From Okamejei kenojei (lineage: Eukaryota), in NCBI GenBank assembly GCA_035221665.1, contig CM069155.1:29512001-29576000 (forward strand): a stretch of 64,000 nucleotides of DNA. Reading direction: 5' to 3'. The translations under genes and the position numbers were made by a program. Position 1 is the first letter of the stretch. Each line of letters begins with the position of its first letter. The notes beneath the pieces are model-generated. The model searched no databases. It saw nothing but the letters and a program-made list of their open reading frames with translations, and was not told where the DNA came from. Shown here piece by piece: positions 12,270 through 25,062 of this stretch.

Positions 12270-13378
12270 CACAATTCAGATTATAATCTGCCTTTTTGTT
12301 CTTGCCACCAAAATGGATAACCTCACATGTAGCCACATTATACTGCATCTGCCATGCATCTGCCCACTCACCCAACCTATCCAAGTTAACCTACAGCCCC
12401 ATACCACCCTCCTCACACTGCCACCCAGCTTTGTGTCATCCGCAAACTTGGAGATGTTACTTTTAATTCCCTCATCTGGATCGTTAATACATATTGTAAA
12501 TAACTGGGGTTACAGCACTGAGCATTGCGGCACCCCACCAGTCATTGTCTGCCATTCTGAAAGGGACCCGTTAATTCCTTCTCTTCGCTTCCTGCCTGCC
12601 AACCAGGTATCCATGTCAATACCCTGCTCCCAAAACCATGTGCTCTAATTTTGCACACTAATCACTTGTGTGGGACCTTGTCAAAGGCGTTTTGAAAGTA
12701 CAGATACAACACATCAACTGGCTCTCCCTTTTCCATTCTACTTGTTACATCCTCAAAAGTTTCCAGAAGATTAGTCAAGCATGATTTCCCCTTCATAAAT
12801 CCATGCTGACTTTGTCCGATCCCTTCATTGCTTTCAAAATGTGCTGCAATTACATCTTTAATAATTGAAAAATGTAAAGTGGAGATTGACAGATCCTTGA
12901 TTGGTACAGGTGGTACGGATATAAGACATGAGAATGGGGTTGAGAGGTTAAGATAGATCTGCCATGATTGAATGGTTGACTAGCTTTGATGGGCCGAATG
13001 GCCTAATTCTGCTTCTAGAACAATGAATTTATGAACTTATGAATTATGCGTCTGGTTCTTGAATGCCTTGGTGACCATTTTGTTGAGGTTATACGTAAGG
13101 GGACTGATTAGAATGTATTCTGTAGATGGCACAGACTGTGGGCTTGTTGCACTTGTGGCAAAGAGAGACAAAGGATGGGATTATGTCATTGAAATAAAAC
13201 TTAATCTCACGCCTTTACGCTCATTAAACCAGAACTGATATAGACGGCGGTTAATAATAAGAAGTCATATGAATTTCTGCCCTTCCAGGTTCCTGTTTGC
13301 TATAGCTGGTCTGGGGAACTCGAAAGTCCTGGCACCTTTCGGGGTCATGAGCTAATGTGCAGTCTTTCTCTCTCTCTC

Positions 13379-13716
13379 TTTTTTTTTTTTTTCCTTTCAA
13401 AAAACATTATTCGACACAATCATATGATACAACACATCAAAACGTAATTAAAAATTACACTATATCAAAAAAGATCATTATAGTACAAAAGTACATTCAT
13501 TGTTTACAATACTCTCAACCCCACATGGTGACCAGCACCCACGGAAAGCCTCCAGAGTCCCCGTAGACACCACGAGTTCCCACTCCAGGGATACACGTGC
13601 ACGGACGTAGGCCCGAAAGAGGGGCAGGAAGCCGACTCTAGCCTGACCATCGACCGTCCGCTGCCTGGACCCGCAAATGGCCATCTTGGCCAGGCCCAGG
13701 AGCAAACCGACAGGGA

Positions 13717-13758
<42 letters not shown>

Positions 13759-16700
13759 CTCTCCCCACTCCCTGCCTTATGTCCGAACTCCAGGATTGCG
13801 GGACAAAAATGCAACCAGAACATGAGGAACAACCCCTTCAGATATTGATACAGGGGCAGTAACCTCTCACACTCCATATACACATGGAACACGGTCTCTT
13901 CCTCGCCGCAGAAAATACAGGCGGCGGACGAGCCCGTGAACCGACTCAAAAGTTTATTACATACCACCGCTCTGTGCAACACTCTCCACCCCAGGTCCCC
14001 AATGTAAAGGGGAACAATTCCCTTATAGAAGGACCCCCACTGGGGACCACCCCCGCCTTCAGGTGGTAACACCGTCCGCCATGGTGTGTCGGGATGGGAG
14101 ACGAAGGCAAGGAGGTGCAGAATGTGCAGGAGCATCCTGTACAGTGTGCGTCTCTTCGCATCACGAACTGGCATGCTGGTCATCTCAGAAAGGCTCAGAT
14201 TGTGTGGAGCCAGTGCCCGAGAATTATCCCGGAGCCTACGCCCGATGAGCAGATCTGATGGAGCAGGGGTAAGTTCAGTCAGAACCACTCCAGGCGCACG
14301 CCTCTCCTCGACACCCGCTAAGACAGGGTGAGGACCGGACACTCCCGCAGCCACGACATCCCCCTCCCCTCGTGGAGCAACACGCTGGCTGAAGACAGCC
14401 AAATTTCTCATTCTTAGCACATCCTGGTAGAAGACAGGCAAGCCCCTTAGGGCAGGTCGACTGATGCCCGCCACCGGGAGCCGTGAGACCCCCCTTAGGC
14501 AACGACCCCGACGGAAAAATACATGGCCAGAGCGTGCCATCTGGGGGGGGTTCTCTACATACATGTACCTCCGCAGAGTCCTGAGGCGGAGAGCCGCCAC
14601 CTGGGTACACACGCATACCAAGGACTGGCCGCCTTCCTCTAACGGGAGACTCAGGACACCCGCAGAAACGCAGTGCTTCCTATTTCCCCAAAAGAAATCT
14701 ACCAGCTTCTTCTGTAAAGCAGTTGCAAAGATAGAGGGTGGGACAAGAGTAGCCAGCCGTTACCATAACATGGAGGCCACCAGCTGGTTTATGACCAGAA
14801 CCCTCCCCCGAAAGAAAAGAACTCCAAGCAGGCCTGACCAGCGCCCCAGCCGGGCAACCACTTTCGCCTCCAACTCCTGCCAGTTTGCTGGCCAAGCATT
14901 CTCAGTGGGACTCAGGTACACCCCCAGATAGAGGAGGTGCGTAGTACTCCACGCAAACATTACCATCGCCACCGGCAGGGAGTCTACCTGCCACTGACCC
15001 ACTAAAATTCCAGAACACTTACTCCAGTTAATCCTAGCAGAAGATGCGGCCGAGAAAACCTTCTGGCAGTCACGCACCCTCCGCAGGTCACCAGGATCGG
15101 TGAACATAAGAAGTACATCATCGGCATACACCGAAAGAACCACCTCCACCCCCGGGCCAGGTAGGGCCAGGACTGTCAACCTCCTCCGAAGAAGACACAG
15201 GAAGGGCTCCACACAGACTGAGTACAACTGACCCGACATGGGGGCACCCCTGACGGACCCCCTTCCCAAAATGAAAAGGAGACAACTACGCACCATTAAC
15301 CTTCACAAGGCACTCCACTGCAGCGTACAAAAGCCGGACTCGGGCTACAAGATGCGGTCCAAACCCAAACACTTGCAATGTCCCGAAGAGGTATTCATGC
15401 TCTATCCTATCAAAAGCCTTCTCCTGATCAAGAGACAGAAAAACAGCTGACTGACCAGTACCCTGGGCTAGATGAATCAGGTCCCTAACCAGGTGGATGT
15501 TATCCTGAATGGACCGGCCAGGGATTGTATAGGACTGGTCAGGATGAATCAGTTGAGACAGCACGGAGCCCAGGCGATTTGCCATTGCCCGTGCAAAAAC
15601 TTTATACTCTGTACATAGGAGAGAGACCGGGCGCCAGTTCTTTAACAAGCGGAGTTCGCCCTTCTTAGGCAGCAGGATGACAACTGCCCTAAGCCATGAG
15701 AGGGGCATCTCCCCGGTCGCCAGGCTCTCCCCCAGAACCAACATGTAGTCAGTCACCCCCTAGGATATCCCAGAAAGCTCTAACAAACTCTACCATCAGC
15801 CCATCCAGCCCGGGGGACTTACCCCTCCTGAGCTGATGCAGGGCACGAGTCAACTCCTCCAAAGATAAGGTGCCATCAAGAAGATCGGCCACCTCCCTAT
15901 CTACAGTTGGTAGACCCTCTCACAGATCTTGCTGAGCCTCCCCGCTGAATCCCCCCTCCGCAGAGAACAGGGACCCATAAAAGGACCTGACCTAGGCACT
16001 GATCCTATTTGGATCAGTGACAGAGGAGTCATCATCTGCGAGCAGCTCCACGAGCTGTTTGTGAGCTCCCCGCCCTTTCTCCAGAGAGAAAAAGAAAGGT
16101 GAAGCTCGGTCCAGATCGTGCAGCATCTGGACCCGCGACCTCACGTAAGTGCCTCGGGACCGCTCAAGCAGCAGGCTCCTCAAAGCTTCCTTCTTCTTCT
16201 GAAACTCTCCCCATTCGCTGGAGTCTTCACCAAACCGACCCAGGCGAGACTCTGCATCCAGTATCTCCCTCTCAAGCCTCTCGACCGCTGAGTCCTGCCT
16301 TCCGGTCGACCCCCCACGTATAATCCTTACGAAAAGATGGATGTGAGCTTTCCCCCACATCCCGCTGCCTAAGGGAAGAGAAGCACCTCTGCCTCTCTCT
16401 CCACTTCACCAAAAACCGACTGAATGACTCCCGGAAAACACCGATCCTCCAGCAGCCTGTTATTAAAGTGCCAGTAGGCGGACCCAGCCCGAGCGCACGC
16501 TGGATTAAAATCCACGCGCACCAGACAGTGGTCCGAGCACGGCACCAGCCGCATTGAGGCCGCTGAGACACGGGAAACAAATGCTCGGGAAATATATATT
16601 CGATCAATGAGGGAACCACCACCCTCAAACCTCCGCGAAAAAGCAGTGGAATCCGGGTGGAGGTTCCGCCACGCATCAACCAACTCAAAGGAGTCCATCA

Positions 16701-18185
16701 AATCCTCTCAGCTTCCTCACTACAGCAGGGGCACACTGAGTACCAGAACGGTCTCGCGCCTCAAGTGTGCAATTAAAATCCCCACCAAGGAAGACACACT
16801 CTCCCCTATCAATAGTCCTTAACAGAGCAGTCATCTCCTGAAGTAGGCCGTTGGCCTGCATCATGCCAGAGCTAGGGGCATACACATTAATGAAATGCAA
16901 CGGCATGCCACCCAGGCTCATGGCCAGATGGAGCAAACGTCCTGGCACAACTTCTTGCACTTTTAAAACATTTGGCAGAAAGTACGGGGCCAACAGAAAG
17001 GCCACCCCACTAGAATTCGAGCTGAGATGGCTCATGTAGACACCCCCTTCCCACTCCAGTCGCCAGGTGGGGTTCGTCACTAACAATGGTATGCGTCTGT
17101 TGCAGAAAACACACCACAGATTTCCCCTCTCTAAGGACTGATAAAAGCTGAAATCTGCGAAAACTCGCTCTACTCCCATTTCAATTTAATGTAGCTACTG
17201 TGAATGCGCAGGCACACTAGATTGAAGACCCTCACACTTCACCTATACTCAAAAACTCTCTCTCTGAGGAACTCTAAAAAGTCACCGAACTGACTCTTCT
17301 CAGTCAGGAAGATCACTATCCTTGTTGTCAAGGATAGCCTCGCGAGTCTTAATTAAAACTGGCCAATCCTCCTACCCTTTTTTTGCAGCCCCCTTTTTTG
17401 TTCTGATGGTCCAGCTTGTTTTTAGGAACTCTCACACCTCACGGATAACACTTGCATGAGACATGGCCTTTGGAGCCTGGGCACTCGGCCAATCCACTCG
17501 CACCTGAAACAACAAGCTTATCAGCACAGCGCCCAGGGTCGTTGTCAGAAATCGAAAGACCAGAACCTCTCTGAAAGCTCGCTAATCCCGCTACACAAAC
17601 TGGCCCTGTCACTCTCCCCCTCCTCCGGACAACTACCACCCCCATGATCAATGCCGGGGAAGGGTCCCGAATCCCCTGACTGCAACAAGCAGCCCACTGA
17701 ATGGCTGGGCTCCAGCACTCTAGCATCACCCTCCACGTCTGGGCCTGGGGAAGAAAAAACAAGAGGCACCCCCAGGGGCCTGTGGTACAACTGGCACCCC
17801 GGAATCTGAAAGAGGATCACGACCCGAAACAGCCCCGAGCTCCACGCACCTAGAGCACCCTCTCCACAGGCAACACCCAGAGAATCTCCACTTGCTTTTA
17901 AAATCTCCCTGCCAACTCAGCCGGTGAGGCAGCACACCCTCCAGCACCTTCACTGGCACTGATATGGAGCACAGACTTGGTACACTAATGCCCCGAACCT
18001 CCCCCTTTGGGCTGACTCTGCTCACTCCCTGTCTCAGGGGGCACACTACCAGGGCAGCTAACCCCATCATCTGGCATGCCAACACCCTCAGTAGGCCTCT
18101 GAAACGAGGGGACCTCCTCCGACCCAGAGGACACACACCCAGGGGAGCTAACCTCAACGCCCGATGAGATAACTCCCTCGGAGGG
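13379..18185 (-). mobile_element. Tx1-clade (L1 superfamily) non-LTR retrotransposon, 5' part removed by a deletion
   Basis: APE (INVYAP, GGDFN, SDH), RT (NWRPVSLL, DQEKAFD, YADD) and C-terminal CIFC..ETVFHVYMEC motifs; poly(A) end next to (CT)n; frameshifted. Confidence 0.9.
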
Positions 18186-18186
18186 A

Positions 18187-18420
18187 GTTTTCCCAGATAG
18201 GGTGGTGGGTGTATGGAACAAGCAGCCACATGAGATAGTTGTGCCAGGAACTATCTCAACGTTTAAAAAACAGTTAGAACAAGTAAATTGATATAACAGA
18301 TTTGGAGGGATATGGACCCAATACGGGCAGGTGGGACGAGTGTGGATGGGACGTTGGCCGATGTGGGAAAGTTGTGCCGAAGGGCCTGTTTCCACACTCT
18401 ATGACTATGACTCTCTTTGA
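18187..18420 (+). mobile_element. CR1 3' end fragment
   Basis: F.Q.VVGVWN motif, 3' UTR and CTATGA tail; matches 38932-39165. Confidence 0.7.
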
Positions 18421-18699
18421 CTCTATGGGGGGCCATGTAGCATCTGCGAATCGGCATTTGGGGATGTAGTAATGAACAGCCATGAGCCAGTGCATCTTTC
18501 GCGTGTTCATTTTCTTCACGGTATTGCACGTTGCAAAGTTTAAGACGTGCAGCAATTAGGAAGGATGAGAACGGTGAGAGCAGGGAACCTGTGTAAATAA
18601 ACATTAGGGAAACTTGTTAGTCGTAGTGATATGCCTACGTTCAGAGTGGCTTCATGCGCGCCATTGCAGCTCATTTCTGTATCTGGTACAAATTGTAGT

Positions 18700-18925
18700 C
18701 ACTTAGTTTTAATTTGCAGATAGTTACAGCGCATAAACAGGCCCTTCTACCCACTGATCAACACGTCCCCGCACATTAACATTATCGTGCACCTACTTTA
18801 GGGACAATATATATATATTAGTAGCAATCCAATCCAAATGAACCTTCCAATCTGTCTTTGTAGCGTGGGAGGAAACCGGGATGCTACCTGGCAAATCCCT
18901 GGCAGGTCATGCGGAAACCAGTAGT
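18700..18925 (-). mobile_element. SINE fragment (HE1/V-SINE-like)
   Basis: ACAGGCCCTTC...TAGGGACAAT...GTGGGAGGAAACCGG pattern typical of elasmobranch SINEs. Paralogs at about 39445-39645 and 62390-62595. Confidence 0.6.
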
Positions 18926-19878
18926 GGGAAAGCATGAACAGTTAAGTTTAATGGATGGCTGACCAGACATGTGCACTGCTAAACTTATGTAGTTTAATGA
19001 CAATTTAAGGCAATTATTCATGATCATTTCTTTTCTCACCCGCTATTTCCCAAAACCCGCTCTTTCGCGTAGTTATCCACCCTTGTCAAGCATTTAAGCC
19101 AGATAGCTGGAGTGGCCGTATTCTATTCTATTTTAATTGAATATGGATGTGCTGTAGTGTAAAATTCCTGTCGTCCTGTCGTACTACAAAGTCGAACGAA
19201 CTCTGGTAGTGGTCGGTTGAGAGCCAAGATGTCCCCTTTTTACTTCACTGGTCATTATGAATTAATTTGGTATAGGTATCCTTTCCTCTTTGAGTCGAGG
19301 CTTGTTAAGCGAATACTGTGCATTACAAATGAACGTTTCACAGACAGCTTTTCCAAGCTCGACACACCATCCGGTAGTCAAAATTTCCCTCAAAACTGTA
19401 ATTTATCTGACTTTGTAGCGATGTTTTTTCCATCGGGTCCTTTCTAAATTATCTGATACACAAGTCGATGGCATCCTGTGGGCATTTACGATTTCTAAAA
19501 TTTACAAAGATATTTTGATTTAATGTGATATTTAATTTTTTTTAAATGTGCCGCCGAACTGTATATGTTTTATTCAGCGATACGGAATCAGTTGGTCGTT
19601 TTGATACAATATTTCTTCCGTTTTCATTTGTGATATAAACAGTTTGCCGAACTATTATATTTATTTCTCGCAGACAATTTGTTTAGTATATATATGTGGA
19701 AGGGTCAGATTGAAAATTATAGATTGTTTGGTTAATAAAGAAGTGGCAAACTGTGGCAATCCTTGTTTTTCTGATGTTATACGTATGAGAACGCATGAAA
19801 CTTTTTTAGAAATAACAAATTTTGCAGCAAGACCTGCTGTTTCACAGTGGCGAATTTTTGCGGAAGAATCTGGCAATT

Positions 19879-19960
19879 CTGATTGGCTTCGACGAGCATC
19901 CCGGTTTGATTGGTTTGGATAGAATAAACGCAAGGTGCATGTCTCATTCCATTTTTATTA
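19879..19960 (+). promoter_or_regulatory. IgL copy 2 promoter (two inverted CCAAT boxes, degenerate TATA)
   Basis: CTGATTGG at 19879 and TGATTGG at 19907; homologous to 40582-40663. Confidence 0.5.
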
Positions 19961-20036
19961 AGAGAGCCAGTGAGCAGATTTACACCCAATTGTCCTGGAA
20001 ACTGCCGCCCCATCGGAGCTCAGTCGGTTGATGAAA

Positions 20037-20553
20037 ATGTGTTAGTGGATCCGTGTGGCGGTTTGCGTTGGTTTTTTGCGCAGTTTGTGAGTATTTTACT
20101 TTTCTGTCATTATACTGATTATGTTCTCCTTATTTTGGGGTTTTATATCCCATACTTCAACAAATTTAACTATTTTCTTTTTTTCTGATATTTCTCTTTT
20201 TCAGAACTTCTTAAGCGCGGCAGTTACAGTAAGTCAGCCGCCGCCGATGTCCACATTATAGGACAGAAATTACAAATATCCTGCACCATTTCGGTCTCCA
20301 GTTCAGGCGCTAACTATGTCTCCTTTGGTACCAACAGATTCCTGGGCAAAACTCACAATTTCTTTTCTATCATTTTACCTGTGGCGATTTATAAGGCTCG
20401 GACAATCTCAGACCGTTTTTTCCATCTCGGTGTCAGGCAGTTCTTTAATAATCGCAATATTAGCGTTCAATCGGTGGTATGCTGCGGACTATTACTGTGC
20501 CAAATGGGATAGTGTTGTTTATATTTCGGTAAAGGAACGAGGTGGTTTTGGCG
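20037..20553 (+). pseudogene. IgL copy 2: leader (20037-20086) + joined VJ (20205-20553), frameshifted as assembled
   Basis: Homologous to copy 3 and retains AADYYCAKWDS. Has an in-frame TAG in the leader and many 1-nt indels. The C exon is not visible and would fall in the gap 21744-22243. May be error-rich sequence rather than a true pseudogene. Confidence 0.75.
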
Positions 20554-21743
20554 GTTAAGTAAAATATGTTCTTCGGACAGAGCGTGTTTTATTTTTTTTT
20601 AATGCAGATATTGCTTGATGTAACATCGTGATTTCACCCTTTTACGTGATAGAGCCAACTGTATTTCAGTGTTTAGATAGTGCGACCTTGCTATACAGAT
20701 GTCCCGAGTTCACTTTGGACATTAATTCAGTGAAAATGACTGCAAAAGGAGCGAATGTTTTGTTTTGCCGCTTTTACAGACGAACCCATTTCTCAACATT
20801 AAAGTATTTCTAGTGCCCAGGGAACCTTGGGCCTTGAACTGCTTAGGACTGTAGTACTTGGGATTCCCTTTTTAGGCATTGGGGTTTGGTTGAAACGGTG
20901 CGCGATGCGAAGGAATTTATATGTTTCTACGGTGTGTAGGTTAATATTGAAGCAGTGTTACACTCTGTAAGACCATTTACTCAAGTTGAATCACGGAAAA
21001 ATAATGTCTATAATTGTTTATCACTGATCAGAGCCATATTCCCACCTTTAAAGCATTTTCAAAACAACCATGACCCGAGTAAGACTACTCTTATTTTACA
21101 GTGTCAGTATTAGATTAGAAAATCTCGCAGCTTGCGATTCCAAAAACTATATATTTTTACAATTTACAGAATTATTTCGGGTCGCACTATATGGAATGCA
21201 CTATAACATGTGGATGCAAATCTTCAATTTTCCATTATGCTTACCATCCAATAATGTTAGCGTACTTCCCATTGCGAATGGTGTCATTTCGCCCGGATTT
21301 TGAAATCGTCAATTAAATGAGGGTTTTGATGTTGAATTGAAGTTGCATGCAATAGGGGGTTCGTTCAATAAATTGCGGGGGTAATATTGCAGTGATTGTC
21401 ATATATGAAAAGGACATTGCTTTAGTAACGGGGGGGTCAGCAACGTTAATATTCAACCACTGTCAATAATTCCGGTTGAGGGGTTTAACAAGGATATCAT
21501 AAAATGCGAAATGATGAAAGTGTCGCACATTTCTTTCAGAATGTTTGTTTTAATTCGTAGAGCTGCCTTTCGTGGACAGACGCAGTGCATTTCCAATTAT
21601 AAATGCTTATTCGAACTACAATCGTCATCCGTGCTTCTGAACGACGTCTGCGATATCTGTGACCGTGGCATTCGAAGACTAGTTTCCATATATCTTTGCC
21701 GAAATAAATTAGCGCCACCATACATCTGCCATTGGGGTGCCGA

Positions 21744-22243
21744 NNNNNNNNNNNNNNNNNNNNNNNNNNNNNNNNNNNNNNNNNNNNNNNNNNNNNNNNN
21801 NNNNNNNNNNNNNNNNNNNNNNNNNNNNNNNNNNNNNNNNNNNNNNNNNNNNNNNNNNNNNNNNNNNNNNNNNNNNNNNNNNNNNNNNNNNNNNNNNNNN
21901 NNNNNNNNNNNNNNNNNNNNNNNNNNNNNNNNNNNNNNNNNNNNNNNNNNNNNNNNNNNNNNNNNNNNNNNNNNNNNNNNNNNNNNNNNNNNNNNNNNNN
22001 NNNNNNNNNNNNNNNNNNNNNNNNNNNNNNNNNNNNNNNNNNNNNNNNNNNNNNNNNNNNNNNNNNNNNNNNNNNNNNNNNNNNNNNNNNNNNNNNNNNN
22101 NNNNNNNNNNNNNNNNNNNNNNNNNNNNNNNNNNNNNNNNNNNNNNNNNNNNNNNNNNNNNNNNNNNNNNNNNNNNNNNNNNNNNNNNNNNNNNNNNNNN
22201 NNNNNNNNNNNNNNNNNNNNNNNNNNNNNNNNNNNNNNNNNNN
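21744..22243. other. Assembly gap (500 N) joining two low-accuracy contig ends
   Basis: N run. Its flanks correspond to about 1120 and about 5061 of unit 1, so roughly 3.9 kb of homologous sequence is unrepresented. Confidence 0.9.
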
Positions 22244-23836
22244 CTCGCTATCATACATTGAGGGAAGTTAGTTTTAGAAATGCAGGAGTATGACAGAAAT
22301 ATGTCAAAATGTCATTTGGAAACGGGAGAGTTGCGGAGGATTGGCGTACTGCGTTGGTTGTTCCATTGTTTAAAAAAGGGTTCAAGAATAAACCTAAGCA
22401 TTTATAGGACCTATTAGTTGACGTTCAGTGGTGGGCAAATTTATGGAAAGGATACTTAGAGGTAATATATATAAGCATCTGGATAAACAGGGTCTTTTGG
22501 GATCAGGAACAGTCAAACATGGGATTTGTGCCTGGAAAGGGAACATGTTGACAAACCGTCTTGAAAAATTTTTTTTGAAGCGGTAACTAGGGAAAATTGA
22601 TGAGGCGTAAAGCGGGGATGTTGTCTTAATGGATTTCAGTATGGCTTTGACAAGGTGTCCCCATGGATATGTTGGTTCAGAAGGTTCAATCTTTGGGTTG
22701 TTAATGGCGGAGGTAGCAAGATGGATTCAACAGTGCTGAATGGGAGATGTAGAGAGTAATGGTGGATGGCTGTTTGTCAGGTTGGAAGCCGCGAGACCAG
22801 TGGGGTTGCTCAGGGATCTGCGTTGGGGCCCTCTGTAGTTTGTCATGTTTCATCAATGATCTGGATGATGGGGTGGGAAAATTGGATATGTAAGTATGCA
22901 GATGATACTTATGATAGGTGGTATTGTGGATAATGAAGTAGATTCTCAAGTCTACAGAGAGATTTGGGCCATTTGGAAAAAGTGGGCTGAAAGATGGCAA
23001 GATGAGTTTAATGCGGATAAGTGTGAAGTGTACATCTTGGCAGGACAAATCAAATGGGACGTACTGGTTAATTGGTAGGAATTGAGGGAATGCTGTGGAA
23101 CAGAGGGATTCTAGGAATAACGGTAGCATTAGTTCCCTGAAGGTGGATCGCATGTGATAGGGTGGTAAAGAAAGCCTTTGGGTGTGCTGGCCTTTAGTAA
23201 ATCAGAGCATTGAATATAGGAGTAGGGAAGAAATGTTAAAATGTACAAGGCATTGGTAAGAACCAATTCTGAGTCTGGTGTACAATTTTGGTCGCCATAG
23301 TTATAGGAAGGCTGTCAACAAAATAGAGAGAGTACAGAGGAGATTTACTAGATTGTTGCCAGGGTTCCAGCCAATATGTTACAGAGAAAGGTTGAACAAG
23401 TTAGGTCTTTATTCTTTGAGAGCGGCAGAAGGTCGTTATGGGGGGATTGATTGAGGTCTTTTAAAATGGATGGAATGGATAGCAGAGTTGAAGTGGATAA
23501 GCTTTCCCATGAGGGTATGGAAGATTCAAACATTGAGGGCAGGACATGAGATTTAAGGAAAGAAGTTTAGGGGGTAAAACGTGAGGGGAACTTCTTTACT
23601 CAGAGTTGCCTGTGTGGAAGGAGCTTCCAGCAGAGTTGGGGAGACAGGGATCGATTTTAAATTTATAAAGTGAAAGTGGATAGGTATATGGACGTTGAAG
23701 GGAATGGAAGGGTATGGTTCTGAGTGCAGGTAGGATGGGACTAGGGGAAAAACAAATTGGTCGGCAGGAACTGGAAGGGCCGAGAGGGCCTGTACTCCGT
23801 TGCTGTAATAGTTTATGGTTATATTATATGGTTATA
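22244..23836 (+). mobile_element. Duplicate of the CR1 3' half (indel-rich)
   Basis: Colinear with 5061-6617. Confidence 0.9.
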
Positions 23837-25062
23837 ATATCACCTTGACATTCACGTATCCCTGTCACTTGTCACCATTTTGCCCTGGGCTTGATCTTCC
23901 GATGCAAAAAAAAAACGCAATGATTCTCCTTACTAAAATCTCATATATGGTTTAAGTCTCATTACCCATTTTTACCCGATTAATTAATGAGAAGGGGGGG
24001 GTGTCCCAGCATGATTCTCGTGGCCATGGTCTCATTGAAATATTGAAAGTTTATACTATAGCAAACATATATCGTCTACGCCAGGCGTTGAACTGCCTAT
24101 AAGATTATGTTTCCAGAGCAAATTTGCGTGTGGCACTGTGAATACAGGGTTTGTTAACACTGAACTTCTTAATTCAAACCGAGCTCCCAAACTTCTCGTA
24201 GAACAAGTCCACATTTGGCGCTTTGAACTTTGCCAGTTTCTTTGGCCGGCTTAAAGTTGTGTGCCAGGCCAATTCCGCCACAATATGTCTCCGGAGACTT
24301 GAAGATGCGTTAAATCCCCGCTCTGCACACGGAAAAAAACAGACCTTGGCGTTCTTCGTCAAAGTTCATAAAACAGAATGTTAGTTTGCCCTGCGCCACG
24401 CCATCCATAATACTTCCTATTTCTGCTTCAGCTATGTAACCGTGGCTCTAAACGGACAATGTTAAATCTGAAACTCCTGTAACACCGCAACCTGGAATCT
24501 CATATTATTTTCGTTCACATGTACATTCCACTGGTTACTGTTTTTTGAACTAATCTTTTTTTTCTTCATCATCTTGGTTTATTTATTGTGCTCAGCTCAG
24601 CTTTAGGGATAATGGGTTTTGGATGCGTTGCTATCCGGTCAACGAAAGGACGCTATATAATTACAATCAAGCCGTCCACATGTACAGATACAGGATAAAG
24701 ATAAACCATTCATTGCATGACGAAGTTCATAATTAAAGATAATTTCAATTGTCTCTTATGAGGCTAAATGAGAGGCTTGGATCGTAGGCACGCTCGTGAG
24801 AGGACAGTTCTGTTGCTGGAACTGTTCGTGAATCTGGAGGTATGCGTTTTCAAACTTCTATACCTGTTGTCTGATGGGAGAAGGGAGACGAGGGGAATGA
24901 GCAGAATGCGACTGTTNNNNNNNNNNNNNNNNNNNNNNNNNNNNNNNNNNNNNNNNNNNNNNNNNNNNNNNNNNNNNNNNNNNNNNNNNNNNNNNNNNNN
25001 NNNNNNNNNNNNNNNNNNNNNNNNNNNNNNNNNNNNNNNNNNNNNNNNNNNNNNNNNNNNNN

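Larger units (their letters stand above)
11417..12865 (-). mobile_element. CR1 LINE fragment nested antisense in another CR1
   Basis: Begins with the (GAAACATA)n tail. Minus strand has FDKVPH, ISKFADDT and related RT motifs. Confidence 0.8.
10725..13045 (+). mobile_element. Degraded CR1 LINE 3' part, interrupted by an antisense CR1
   Basis: KCGVIHLG, RDLGV, MLGFISRGLEYK and LIETYQIVKG motifs; resumes with the 3' UTR at about 12870. Confidence 0.75.
5061..18185 (+). repeat. Segmental duplication, near-identical to 22244-35406
   Basis: Colinear sequence including all nested TE junctions and an N-gap at the same position. Confidence 0.93.

Noticed and set aside
21511-22293. ORFs spanning N runs (also at 7664-7798, 24917-25062, 53816-53980 and 56461-56668)
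   Set aside because: They are open only because of the Ns.
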